This document shows positions 1 to 13,093 of a DNA stretch of 64,000 nucleotides, one piece after another. Location: assembly GCA_012295275.1 (NCBI GenBank), contig CM022674.1, forward strand, positions 8,618,001 through 8,682,000, given 5' to 3'. The stretch is from Chrysomallon squamiferum. Taxonomy: Eukaryota > Animalia > Mollusca. The position numbers and the translations under genes were made by a program. A model generated the notes under the pieces. The model made no database searches and had not been told where the DNA came from. It saw nothing but the letters and a program-made list of their open reading frames with translations. How positions within the stretch are numbered: the stretch's first letter is position 1; each line of letters begins with the position of its first letter.

Positions 1-51
1 ATTCTCTCTCAGTTCAGGAGCTTTGGCAGCAAATTCAGGTCTTGGTCTTTC
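1..51 (-). CDS. ANO7: Anoctamin coding exon 11, partial (ERPRPEFAAKAPELREN)
   Basis: Acceptor ttttcag|GAA at 51; phase 0; conserved ERPRP.F motif after TM2. Confidence 0.93.
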
Positions 52-360
52 CTGAAAAGCAAAAAATAATTTCCAGGATAATGACAGATGGTAATAAGAA
101 AATCTTTTCCGATGTTGCCTGATACTATGACAACAACAACAATAATAACATTATTACTAGTAAAATAAAATGTATATGTCAATTTTTAAACACTGCCATA
201 GATCTCCATCTACATTAAAAATATTTTTGTTTTATAATTTTGCTTAACAACTAACAATATGAATTACTGTTTACATTACTTCATACTATTATTACATTCT
301 ACATTCTACACAAAACATGAGTTAGTATTTGCTAATGACTGTCAATAAAACAATATTTAC

Positions 361-443
361 TCCTTCTTCTTCAAAGTCTAAAACATCCCAGTGATGTGCC
401 AGGCTGGCATTCTTCCTCTTCCAGTACTCCAGAAATGTCACAG
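361..443 (-). CDS. ANO7: Anoctamin coding exon 10 (AVTFLEYWKRKNASLAHHWDVLDFEEEG)
   Basis: ttttcag| acceptor, |gtaaat donor, 83 nt; conserved FLEYWKRK motif. Confidence 0.95.
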
Positions 444-859
444 CTGAAAAAAACACATATTCTGTATTTCTCTTTTTCTTTCTCTCTCTTTCTAATAATT
501 ATTACATAACTTAATTCTTGTAACATACAAATAAAAAATTTACTATTTAAATGGTTATAATTAATTATTCCTGTAATTAAAGCTAAAAAAGCTTTTTCCC
601 CACCTCACACTGCCCAACAAAATAAAAAGCACGAAAATACATTCTAAATGTAATATTTTACATATTGATTAAAACAGAAAATGTTAATTTAACTGAATCA
701 CAAATCTTTTAATAGCTAAAAATCACTGTTTAATAGTAATACATAATGATGTTGTAAAAGGATCAGAAACAACAGAGTTAAGTACCAAGCATACGTGATC
801 CTGTGACAAAATAAAATAAAAACATATTCAAAACATTAATAATATACTATGAGACGTAC

Positions 860-1026
860 CCCAGAACGACATGAAGACAGCGTAGAAGACAGTTCCGGGG
901 TGGTCAAAGAGGTAGGCTATCCGGATGAAGAGACAGACGTCTGAGAGGTACCAGTACTCACAGCCCACCTCCTCATCACAGAGCGGACACATCTTGTACG
1001 TCCGGTTACTCGAACACACCTCGTTT
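860..1026 (-). CDS. ANO7: Anoctamin coding exon 9 (NEVCSSNRTYKMCPLCDEEVGCEYWYLSDVCLFIRIAYLFDHPGTVFYAVFMSFW)
   Basis: acag| acceptor, |gtacgt donor, 167 nt; MCPLCD extracellular Cys motif and TM2; lies within ORF 828..1073. Confidence 0.96.
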
Positions 1027-1037
1027 CTGTACACAAA

Positions 1038-2765
1038 CAGCTCATTATTACATATATCAATTATTACACACACAGCTCATTATTAAATACAGCTCTTTAT
1101 TACACACACAGTTCATTATTACACACAGCTCATTATTACATACAGCTCATTATTACACACACAGCTCATTATTACACACAGCTCATTATTACACACACAG
1201 CTCATTATTACACACAGCTCATTATTACACACAGCTCATTATTACACACAGTTCATTATTACACACACAGCTCATTATTACACACAGCTCATTATTACAC
1301 ACACACAGTTCATTATTACATACAGCTCATTATTACACACAGCTCATTATTACACACAGCTCATTATTACACACACAGCTCATTATTAAACACATAGTTC
1401 ATTTATTACACACAGCTCATTATTAAACACAGTTCATTATTACACACAGCTCATTATTACACACACAGTTCATTATTACATACAGTTCATTATTACACAC
1501 AGCTCATTATTAAACACACAGTTCATTGTTACACACAGCTCATTATTACATACAGCTCATTATTACACACACAGCTCATTATTAAACACATAGTTCATTA
1601 TTACACACAGCTCATTATTAAACATAGTTCATTATTACACACAGCTCATTATTAAACACACAGTTCATTATTACACACAGCTCATTATTACACACAGCTC
1701 ATTATTACACACACAGCTCATTATTAAACACATAGTTCATTATTACACACAGCTCATTATTAAACACAGTTCATTATTACACACACAGTTCATTATTACA
1801 TACAGTTCATTATTACACACAGCTCATTATTAAACACACAGTTCATTATTACACACAGCTCATTATTAAACACAGTTCATTATTACACACAGCTCATTAT
1901 TACATACAGCTCATTATTACACACACAGCTCATTATTACACACACAGCTCATTATTACACACAGCTCATTATTACACACACAGCTCATTATTACACACAG
2001 TTCATTATTACACACAGCTCATTATTACACACAGCTCATTATTACACACACAGTTCATTATTACATACAGCTCATTATTACACACAGCTCATTATTACAC
2101 ACAGCTCATTATTACACACACAGCTCATTATTAAACACATAGTTCATTATTACACACAGCTCATTATTAAACACAGTTCATTATTACACACAGCTCATTA
2201 TTACACACACAGTTCATTATTACATACAGTTCATTATTACACACAGCTCATTATTAAACACACAGTTCATTGTTACACACAGCTCATTATTACATACAGC
2301 TCATTATTACACACACAGCTCATTATTAAACACATAGTTCATTATTACACACAGCTCATTATTAAACATAGTTCATTATTACACACAGCTCATTATTAAA
2401 CACACAGTTCATTATTACACACAGCTCATTATTACATACAGCTCATTATTACACACACAGCTCATTATTAAACACATAGTTCATTATTACACACAGCTCA
2501 TTATTAAACACAGTTCATTATTACACACACAGTTCATTATTACATACAGTTCATTATTACACACAGCTCATTATTACACACACAGCTCATTATTACACAC
2601 ACAGTTCATTATTACACACACAGTTCATTATTACACACAGCTCATTATTACACACAGTTCATTATTACACACAGCTCATTATTACACACACAGCTCATTA
2701 TTAACACACAGTTCATTATTACACACACAGTTCATTATTACACACAGTTCATTATTACACACAGC
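1038..2765. repeat. Minisatellite, 19-21-bp unit cacag(c/t)tcattattaca(ca), with ~744-bp higher-order duplication
   Basis: Directly visible. The rare variant gttcattgtt occurs at 1521 and 2265 with the same run of downstream variants. Confidence 0.97.
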
Positions 2766-3059
2766 AACTTGATTAGTTGCTGTGTGTAATAATTTATGTT
2801 GTTTTACAATGTATGTATGTATTCAAAAATAAATCAAACATTATAAATAAATACATATATGTATTCAGTAAATTATTTTTTTCATTTGTTGTTAAATAAA
2901 ATTTAATATATAAATGCTTACTGTCAAAAATGTTTAACAACCTAGTCACAGCATTTTATTAAATTCTTAGAAATTCTTAAATAAAGTAATAAAAAAAACA
3001 ACAACTTTACTATGCATAAACAGGATACATTTTATTTTTAAAATGAGACAAATACTTAC

Positions 3060-3150
3060 GCAGGTATGTTACTGCCCATAGTAAATATTCCATACATGAA
3101 CACGAGTAATCCAACAACTGCAGCAGGTAAAAGCCAAGCAGTGTAGAAAC
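3060..3150 (-). CDS. ANO7: Anoctamin coding exon 8 (GFYTAWLLPAAVVGLLVFMYGIFTMGSNIPA; TM1)
   Basis: tttcag| acceptor, |gtaagt donor, 91 nt, phases match neighbours. Confidence 0.95.
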
Positions 3151-3427
3151 CTGAAACATGACAATAAATGAATAACCTGCCTTTGAAAAATACAACACAG
3201 AAAATTTAAATCTTTTGAAACGTACATCATTAAAATAAAATATACAGTTCTTTTTTTTTTAATCCAATAATAATAATAACAATTATTATTATTTTAGTAA
3301 TAATAATCACAATGTTAACAATGATGATGATGATGATGATGATGATGGTGCTGGTGGTGGTAATGATTATAATAATAATAATAATCCTTGCAATGCTGAT
3401 GATGATACTAATAATAATGAAGAGTAC

Positions 3428-3593
3428 CGAGCCATGCAAAGTAGATAGCAATCTTCTCTCCAAAATACTGTCGAATGTGATCCAGGGGTTGGTACTTGTA
3501 CCAGACGCCCCACCGCGCCCAGTACTTGTACAGCACCTGTCTGGCATTCAGTTCTTCTGGAGCCACCGGATGTTTAGGTAATTCTTCAGGACC
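3428..3593 (-). CDS. ANO7: Anoctamin coding exon 7 ([55 protein letters not shown])
   Basis: tctccag| acceptor, |gtactc donor, 166 nt; QPLD.IR.YFGEKI..YFAWLG family signature. Confidence 0.97.
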
Positions 3594-3869
3594 CTGGAGA
3601 GAAAAGAAATATATATATCAGTGAAAAGTGACTTTGTATATGTTTGTGAAAAGCTTATTATTATTATTATTAAAAAATAAATAAATAAATAAAAAAAAGG
3701 AGGAGAAGAAAGAAAAATGATTTTATGTAACACTGAAAGACCTTATTTTATTTATTTATTTATTTACGAAGTCATATTGTTTGTGAAAAGTTTGTACCAC
3801 TAAGGTCTTGTTTAAAACCAAGCCTATTCAACATAATGGCTATAATTGTTAAACCAGTCAGTGTCTTAC

Positions 3870-4038
3870 AACGTGAAGTGGGAAAGCTGCTACGTATGTG
3901 TTCTCTTCAATGAGTCTCTCAATTCCCAGCTCCGCCTTCTTTCGCTTCCCGTACACAGCAGTGGACAGAATCTCAAACACAATCTGGTTCCTCTGGGTGT
4001 CCGTGAAAAAACTGTCGTGATCTTCACTGCCCAAAAAC
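3870..4038 (-). CDS. ANO7: Anoctamin coding exon 6 (FLGSEDHDSFFTDTQRNQIVFEILSTAVYGKRKKAELGIERLIEENTYVAAFPLHV)
   Basis: ttcag| acceptor, |gtaaga donor, 169 nt; FF...R..IV.EIL and GI..L...Y.AAFPLH motifs. Confidence 0.95.
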
Positions 4039-4433
4039 CTGAACCAGAAACAAAATTATCATGAATATCATTCCTAAAAATCAGTGATAGAAGATAAAAT
4101 TATCATTATTTGCGAAACAACACAGCTTAAACAAAAAATAATGCAGAAGATTAAATATTCATAGTTATGAATGGCTGAAAGTAAACAACATCTGTAACAA
4201 AAAAATCCCATCAAGAAAAGACAGAACTTACAATAAAGTAATGAAGTATCTAATTATTATTTGCTGCAGAACAGCAATAAAAACATATCAGTCAATGTTA
4301 TTTATAATCACAGATTTTATTTATTCAAATAATATACACATATAAAGCAGCATGAAAGATAATTATGACTGTTACAACAGACTGTACAGATTTCTGATTA
4401 CAGAGCACTGGGTGGAATGGAAAAAGCTCTCAC

Positions 4434-4570
4434 CTGTTAAGTTTTGACTTTTTGAACTCACAGGTGTAGTAATCGAGTGGCTTGTTTGGTACATTTTGTG
4501 TCATTATGTTGGGAATGTGCAGAATTTTAAACAGTTTCTCAGACCAGTTATCACTCGGGTTCTGATGAGC
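4434..4570 (-). CDS. ANO7: Anoctamin coding exon 5 (AHQNPSDNWSEKLFKILHIPNIMTQNVPNKPLDYYTCEFKKSKLNR)
   Basis: tgtttag| acceptor, |gtgaga donor, 137 nt, phase 0 to 2 fits neighbours. Confidence 0.92.
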
Positions 4571-5533
4571 CTAAACATTTAACAATACCACACATGTAAG
4601 TCATACACATAGAATATACATAACAAAACAAATCAATTCTACTTTCTATATGTGTGTAGAATTAATTCACTTTTATACACACACAGAATAAGATCATTTT
4701 TAAATGATGTTTAATATTCAAAATATATACATTCTACAAATAAAAAGAAAAAATTAAAGATGGTAATTTTCAAATTATATTCTCTACTTAATTTTTACCT
4801 GTACAACCTATGAGTGGATTAATTCTAAAACTGTCTTACTAACTGTTATACACTATTCATACTTAATCAAGCATAACCAAACATGCTGCATATCAATTCA
4901 GATTGAACAATTTTTTTGAAACAACAGAATCCTGTTATACTGACTCTAAAAATGATGTCATTATAAAAAACACTTTTTTATTTCTTAGATCAAAATGCAG
5001 AGAACAATATCTCTGTTGTGCACTTAGCTAAAAATTTGATTATATAAACATTCTACTCAACTTTATATAAAATATTATAAAGCCCTCTTGTTTCTCACAA
5101 TATGTTGTTTTTTATTAACTGAAATTCAAACTTTTTAATACAATAACAATTACCATTCATTTATATAAACCATCTGAAAATGAAACACAAAAATCTGAAA
5201 TTTTCAGAGATATTTTGTAATTGCAAATGAATGATATCAAAGTTTTATATATATATATTTAATATTTAGTATTCTAATCAGATTCTGATCTTTGTAATAT
5301 AACATCATGGTTTAAATAATTCTGTTGATCACTTATAGAGTTATATTCCAATATATGTTGAAATTATTTAAAATTAATTAAAGAAAATATTAAAATTTTT
5401 ACACAGCTTAACCACTGCTAGATATTAATTATAACAGTCACATGATTTTTGTCTGTAAATACAATTTGAAATTAAAACTTTATAGTAAAAATAACAGTAA
5501 CAATAATACAGATTATGATTCCACCATTTCCTA

Positions 5534-5575
<42 letters not shown>

Positions 5576-6013
5576 TAATAAATAAAACAACAACAACAAC
5601 AACAACAATAATATATATATACCCTTCTTGAGACAAGATTTTAAATTCCTAATGCAAAAGAGCATGCAGTTTTTTAACATCTTTTTAAATGTTTGATTCC
5701 ATATTAAACTAATACCATTATTTTGCTATTTTTATTGTTATTTTCCTTTATACATACATGTCTAAAGAAATTATTAGGAATAGCTAATTAATTAAAAATA
5801 AAGACTGTCTTTTAAAATACACAAAACCATTTATTTATAAAAAAAATTCCATTCTAAATTTTATACAAAAATTATTTATTCTAAAATACCTTGTATCAGA
5901 ATATTCTTCCACAAAAAAAAAAAAACAAACAAAAAAAATACCCAACAACTTTCTTGAAATATATTTTCTAGCCAAAAGTATGAAATAGTTAATGTATTTA
6001 TATTTGAGTATGC

Positions 6014-6018
<5 letters not shown>

Positions 6019-6074
<56 letters not shown>

Positions 6075-6152
6075 ATATATATATATAAGAAATAACTTTT
6101 TATTAATGTTGGAATTATATATATATATATATATAAAACACACACACACACA
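6019..6152. repeat. Compound (TG)n/(TA)n/(CA)n microsatellite
   Basis: Directly visible. Confidence 0.9.
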
Positions 6153-7743
6153 CAGACACACAGACACAGTTATGCTGTTCCACACTAAGTCAACCACTAT
6201 TATAAATATTTGTTTTTAGACATATTTCCAGTTGTTATTACAGTGGCAATGGGTTGTGGTAAAACTCTACTCTGGGATACCACTAAAAAGCAGTAGATAC
6301 AAGCTTCAGTAGACAAGTAGATTAATACGTTAATTAGGTTAATTATTTAAATGAGATAAGAAATAACTTTTTATTAATGTTGGAATTATATACAAATATA
6401 TATAATATATAACTGTGTGTATACAATTAACTAATAATAATAATAATAATTTAAAAACAAAACAACTATTCTTAGTCTACCTTTCATCAAACTGTCAACT
6501 ATGAAATATCATCTAACCTTTTTTACTAATTTATTGTTATTATTTATTTATCATACTACATTTAAAACAACAGAAACATTTGTATGTAAAATTCTTATAT
6601 TCAAGATCTAAAGAAATAATAATAAAATAATAATAATAAATTAGTGTATAACAGTAAGAATGCTGTTTACATGATTACAGAATATATGTTAACAATGCAG
6701 ATGTATGTGTGTTATATTATACTGATTAATATTCATGCTTTAAGAACTAAAATAGCAGGCATATATAGATATATTTGTATATTTCTGACATGCCCCTGAA
6801 TACCCTCTTGTAGCAGTTTACTTACTTTAGAGTAATTATGTTCCTAAAATAGAAAATCTAGCTAGCTTATCACTTATTTAAAAAAATGAAAACAAGCTAA
6901 TATAAAGTGCATTCATAATAAAACCTGTAAGAACAAATAACTGTAAAAGATTGAGTCACAGTAGTCTGTTTCCACACAGAGTTTCTTTTTACATAAACTC
7001 ATTTCATGTACTGAAAATAATGTTTTAATGTTTCTAATAGTAAATTATTATTTTATTTTTTTTTTAAATTTTTATTTCTATTATTATTATTATTATTATT
7101 ATTATGATTGTTTGTTGCAAATTTATGAATTCCATACACTATCACTCAATGTAATCAACATTTATTTTATCTTGTGTTTACTTCTTCCATTACCAATAAT
7201 TTATAGGTTTGTATTTGATCTGGAACAGTATATTACTAAAAAGAAGAATATATTTAGACCAGGAAGCAAATACCATAGGTTCTCGTGTACCATTTGGATT
7301 GGGAAATAAATTAAAATAATCAAATCAATGGTTCTAATACTGAAGTTGGATTGGGAAATATATTAAAATAATCAAATACTGAAGTTGGATTGGGAAATGC
7401 CTAACGAAGTCTCTAATATTTTGTTATAGATTCTACTTTAATTCAAAACTAATCACATTTAATAACTTTATCCCATCTGCTACCAATATTTTATAATTTC
7501 CATGCATTATCTTAGATTCACATCTCTTGAAATTATAATTATTTTAAACAAACAGTGCATGATAATAATTTAAAATTTTACATTTCTTGGGAGTTTTTAA
7601 AATATTTCATTTTTTTTTTTTTTATTTTAATCAGTGATTTGAATATAAATAGTAACAAAATTACTATCTTTATTATCAGTGTTAAAATCTAATAATCAAA
7701 CAGGTAAGATTAATAATTAGTGTGATCAAGGTGCGACTTTCAC

Positions 7744-7767
7744 CTGACACGGAAATCGTTGTTTAGC
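7744..7767 (-). CDS. Candidate 24-nt in-frame anoctamin microexon (AKQRFPCQ)
   Basis: ttttgtacgtacag|GCTAAACAACGATTTCCGTGTCAG|gtgaaa; phase 0-0 inside a phase-0 intron; local cluster of CpGs in an otherwise CpG-poor intron. Confidence 0.45.
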
Positions 7768-8595
7768 CTGTACGTACAAAATTTAATAAACATTTTCTAA
7801 AACCTTTCCTTGTGATAAGCAGATATATACAGACAAAATTTCATTAACTGCAGATTTGTACTGCAAGAAGTAGACACCCTCTGAGATTCCACAGAACTGT
7901 ACCAGTGCTGCAACTTCTAGTCCTGTTGATTTAGCTACTTTTAATTATGCAGTGGAATACTAATTTATTTATCTATTCACTTTCTCAATCTCTTCTTTCT
8001 TTATTCATTTCTTTTTCTATTTGTTTTATTTATTTATTTTTTTTTTTATTATTTATTTATTTTTTTTTTTTTTTTTTTTTTAGTTATATTTTTTATAATA
8101 AATTATAGAAATTTCAAGTGCAAAAAAAAGTTTTAATTTTTAAACTCTGTGGTGCTGTTATTACAAATCATGCAAAGGTAAATAAAGTGAAAATAAAATA
8201 AAACAATCAACATCAGGTTTTAAAAAAATAATAGATTTTAACATTATCATTGCTCAAATAAAGAACAGTTTAATTATATGTGTTTGTATATATTACTAGA
8301 GTATTAATATATATATAAATATGTGTTGGGGTATATATACATATATTACTAGAGTATTAATATAATTCATAAATTGTTTTAAAAAAAATTGTTTTACAAA
8401 TTAATGTAAAAATATAATTTTGTATTAAGACAGAAAAATATATTTGTTTTGATGTTTAATTTAAAAAAGGCAATTTGGTGAAATAAATAAATCATTGTAG
8501 AATCAAAATAAGTGCATCATGTAAACAGTTTGAGTATTACAAACTGAGTGTTAAGTAATGAAGTTACCGCACACGTTAGCTAACTAATGTTTTAC

Positions 8596-8703
8596 CTGCA
8601 GGGGAGCTCTCAGTCCAAGGTTTTCAGCATACAAACAGCACACATCCCATGGTGCATGCACTTTTATAAAGTTTATCAGTTTTTTCTCACTTTGTAATGA
8701 CTC
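8596..8703 (-). CDS. ANO7: Anoctamin coding exon 4 (ESLQSEKKLINFIKVHAPWDVCCLYAENLGLRAPLQ)
   Basis: ggcag| acceptor, |gtaaaa donor, 108 nt; F.K.HAPW..L..YAE motif of the N-terminal domain. Confidence 0.95.
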
Positions 8704-9036
8704 CTGCCAGAAAGAAAGACCAAATAAAAAAAGTATAAAGTAAAATTTAGTTCACTGTTTATTAACTTATAACTAATTAAAACAAACACACATAAACATA
8801 TACAATGAAATCAGTAAATATCTAAACAGTGTGATACACACACATATGCATGCACATGCATAAAAAAACAAATCAATATAATTATATAATTAAGGCAAGT
8901 TCAAAAACTTTATAATGCACACACACATATAATTCAGATATATAATATTAAAAAAATCAAGTTTTAAACATTCAACACTATAATGACTTTAAAAATTAAA
9001 AAATTACAATTTAATAATAATAATAAAAATTGATGA

Positions 9037-9186
9037 CAAGTACAGTAAAGTACAAGTAATGTACAAGTTAAGTACAACTTAAGTACAAGTAAAGTACAAG
9101 TTAGTACAAGTTAAGTACAAGTAATGTACAAGTTAAGTACAACTTAAGTACAAGTAAAGTACAAGTTAGTACAAGTTAGTACAAGT
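9037..9186. repeat. Short tandem repeat, ~11-bp unit aagtacaagt(t/a)
   Basis: Directly visible; ends ~15 bp from the donor at 9201. Confidence 0.9.
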
Positions 9187-9201
9187 GTGTATATACAACA
9201 C

Positions 9202-9329
9202 CTCCTCCAGTTCGAGTCCCACTTTCACCAGACTCTGCTGAAACTTGCGCCGCCGCTGAACATGTTTCTCATCAGGGGGCTTAACTCCTGACTTTTTATC
9301 TAAAGCATCTTCGTACACTAGGACATAAT
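9202..9329 (-). CDS. ANO7: Anoctamin coding exon 3 (DYVLVYEDALDKKSGVKPPDEKHVQRRRKFQQSLVKVGLELEE)
   Basis: ttcag| acceptor, |gtgttg donor, 128 nt; DYVLVYE and R..F...L...GLELE motifs. Confidence 0.94.
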
Positions 9330-9612
9330 CTGAATTAAAAATAAACTGTATATAAATCAAAACATATACTCATAAACATTAACAAGTCTTCATAAAATTC
9401 ATACGTTCTGATTTTTTTCAACATTTATAGCAGTTGTGTAATCATAGATAATAAATGAAACACAGATTACAGTTATTTATCACACATGAGCCTACAGCCA
9501 CAGGTACCAAGTCTGGCAATGACAGAAAACAGGGGGTTTTTGGTTAAAGAATTAAAATCACAGATTTAAATTGTGAAAGTTATTCAGATTACTTGTTAAT
9601 ATGCTGATTTAC

Positions 9613-9694
9613 CTATTTTCCTTAAACCATCTCTGAAATAGCACTCTTTTTCTGCTAAACTCCTCATGTTTAACCCTTCATCTTCATGTGAACC
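9613..9694 (-). CDS. ANO7: Anoctamin coding exon 2 (GSHEDEGLNMRSLAEKECYFRDGLRKI)
   Basis: tttccag| acceptor, |gtaaat donor, 82 nt; YFRDG.RKID motif. Confidence 0.93.
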
Positions 9695-10138
9695 CTGGAA
9701 ACAAATTACACTTGTAGATACTAATAATAAAATAACAATAATGCTAGATACATCAACAACAACAAAAACAATAATAATAATGATGATGATGATGATGATA
9801 AAAGATGTTCAAGAATAATCATATTAAAAAATAATAATATATGTAATAAGAATAATATATTTTTATTTTTATGTTTATTGATATTTTTATCTCACTTCAG
9901 AACATATGTAATACAGACAGCTACTGTACACACTGCGACAGCCTGGCTGTTTGTTTGAGAACACGAGAAGTGAGATATATCAAAGATAATATACATCATA
10001 TTACTTAATACCATGTCTGCATGTATGTATGTATCTATGGGTGTGAGTTTGTGCGTTTGCGAGTTTGTGAGGGAGTGGGCGGGTGTGTATATTTATCTGA
10101 ACATTAACAAGAAAGTGAGATATAATCATAGACTACAT

Positions 10139-10140
<2 letters not shown>

Positions 10141-10233
<93 letters not shown>
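10141..10233. repeat. (TG)n(TA)n microsatellite
   Basis: Directly visible. Confidence 0.95.
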
Positions 10234-10237
<4 letters not shown>

Positions 10238-11077
10238 TTATTTATCTGTATGTCTGAGTATGGATATATTTATGTATGCTTATATTTAAAACCAACATAT
10301 ATGTTGATATAATTTTTTTTTAAATGTGTATAGTGAAACAGAGCTGTCACAAATGGCTGGTGTAGAAAACTAACTCTGCTACATTGAAAATCCATAATGC
10401 AGGAAATGCATATAGTTAAAAACCTGCTGACTGTACCATGGTAACAAATGATATTATACTTTTCCACTTAACAGTGAAATAAATCATCAAGCTGTATGAT
10501 TTATCCTGTGTGTGTTCAGCTCAGTCACCAGGGACTGGTTGCTTTCTGAGACGGTTAGAACTGGATGGTAATACAATAGCAGCAATATCAACCGTTTCAC
10601 ATATCACAATTTATTTATTCTTTGTTTTCAGTTTGAAATCACTTTATCACAATATACATGATGACAAAACAGAGACTGTCAGTGGTCCACTATGTTAGGC
10701 TGGTCTGTTCATCCTGGGTGTAGGAAGATGTTTATAAATGAATGGCTCAGTTGTAACAGGTGCTTTCTTCTTTCAGTCCATTATTGTTTTTAAAGATAAT
10801 CATTAATAATAAAATTGGTTATCCATTCACATTCCTGTTCATTAAAATAGTTATTATTTCACAAATGATGTGTATCTAAGATAATGTATGCAAATTATAA
10901 ATATTGGTAGCAGATGTGATAAAGTCAGACTATATAGTTTTATAAAATATTCTATTTAATCTGCTGAAAGGTTCTATTTGTTGTGGTTGTATCCTCTAAA
11001 AACCTATATTGACTAAGATAATCTAACTGTATTCTGTGAACTGTTTTACCTGTCTTATTTAAAATGTTCTACCTCTA

Positions 11078-11248
11078 TTGTCTGAAATGTTCTGCCTGTA
11101 CTGTCTGAAATGTTCTGCATGTACTGTCTGAAATGTTCTGCCTGTACTGTCTGAAATGTTCTGCCTGTACTGTCTGAAATGTTCTGCCTGTTCTGTCTGA
11201 AATGTTCTGTCTGTTCTGTCTGAAATGTTCTGCCTGTACTGTCTGAAC
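11078..11248. repeat. Minisatellite, 23-bp unit ctgtctgaaatgttctgcctgta (~7 copies)
   Basis: Directly visible. Confidence 0.92.
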
Positions 11249-13093
11249 TGATCTAGGATATGTTACCAATATTATTTAAAATATTCTACCTGTATTGTAA
11301 TACTGAAATGCAGTAAACCATGGAGTTTTGCTTATGAATTTATTGTTAAGTGTTCCTGTCCTTGATAATAACATTTCTTCTGTGATAAAATATATATTTG
11401 TGTTGTTCTGCATACATTAGCATACCATTGGTATGAAACCAGGCTCCTTTGTAGACAGAGTTCTCTTCAATTATTTATTGTCACATCAAACACATCCATT
11501 GTATTGCAGAAATAATGATCAATATTTTTTATAAACCTAGTAACAATGCATGCATACAGGAAAAGCAGAAAAGTAGACAAAATAATGTAACATATTTTGA
11601 CAAAGAATATTTTGAAAAACACCTGGAACAGACATCTAGAAGATTTTATAACATTTTATCACATTTTTGACAAACATATGTTAGAAAATTAAATGGAATG
11701 TTAGCTGAGCCATAAGATGTAAAAAAAAACATATGTAAAAATTGATTATAAATATCAATATCTTCAAGCTGTGCTACATGCAGAATATAAATTGATTTCT
11801 TATTAGACTCAAGTAATTGTCAAAATATCTCAAAGTATCTGAATATATTCTAGACATTCCACCCCAACATTTAGTTAAGAGATCTCAACCTGCATAAAAT
11901 TACACAAGAGTTGATCAGTTGGTAGAACTGCAGAATGTCAGTGATGTTTAGTGTGCGCAGTATTAAATAACTATTGTGATGTGATAAATTAATAATCTTG
12001 TGGTATCTGTACTCATATTTCAAATTTTTAACAACCACTATGGTATTACATCCATTTAAATAATTCAGGTATGCTGTGTGTATGTGTTTCATGTGCATAT
12101 GTTTTTGTATGTATTTGTCAGAGAGCACAGTATATGTATGCATTTATTTGTGTGTGTTTCTGTGTATGTGTTTGCATGTGTATATGTTAGATCTTGTATA
12201 TGCATTTGTATGCATTTTCTATGTGTATGTGTGTGTGTGTGTGAGTGCACCATTAACCATTTAGATGTCATCAATAACAGTCATCCACAGACTGGTAGTA
12301 GCTAGACTGACACAATGCAATATTACACTGAACTGGTATCTCAGCTTTTCATACAGTCATAATGTATTTGTAAGTGTGTGTCACCACTGACATAAAACTA
12401 GATAACAAAATCTTCTTTTTAAGAGTTAAAACTAGCATAAGATTAAAGCCCAAAGACATGTTATTGTCATTTGTAATCAGTTAATTCCATATCCACACAT
12501 TACTGAATCAAACAAATCTGCTACTTTTTCTTCAAACTAAATGATTTGAAGATTTGCAGATTTTCTTTTTTTCTTTTTTTTCATTCTTACCTCACAGGAT
12601 CATAAAAAAAAAAAAAAAAGTTCAATTTAATGGAATTTTATATCAGTTTTTAAAAAAGTCACTCAGATCAAAGTGTGAAAAACTAAAATAAATATTTTAT
12701 CTAAGATGCAAACAGAAAATGTAATAATGAATTGTGTTTTACTGAGATTTGTTGTGTGGGCAGGTAGACTAATTAGTCTGTTCAGCTGTTTGACAAAAAG
12801 TAGTGATGTACAGACCTATCAAATGTCAGTCTCCCTTTCACTCTCTGCCTGTTACTCTGCATGATGAGTAGTCAGAGATGTAGTGTGAAACAATCACCTG
12901 AACAATCACATTAACAGAATCACTTTACAGAAATAGAACACAACTATTAGGCAGGCAAAATAGGCATTCAAACTGAGTAAAAGTTATTATTTTGTGCAAA
13001 TGAAATAACAAATTTATTTTTTCCCCTTGCTTTGGGATAAAGTGCAACTTCACAATGTTTCATTCTCTTCTTTTTTCACAAAGCAGTCTTTAC

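Noticed and set aside
3230-3581. Poly-Ile and poly-Met ORFs on both strands
   Set aside because: They arise from (AAT)/(GAT) microsatellites overlapping the real anoctamin exon in other frames.
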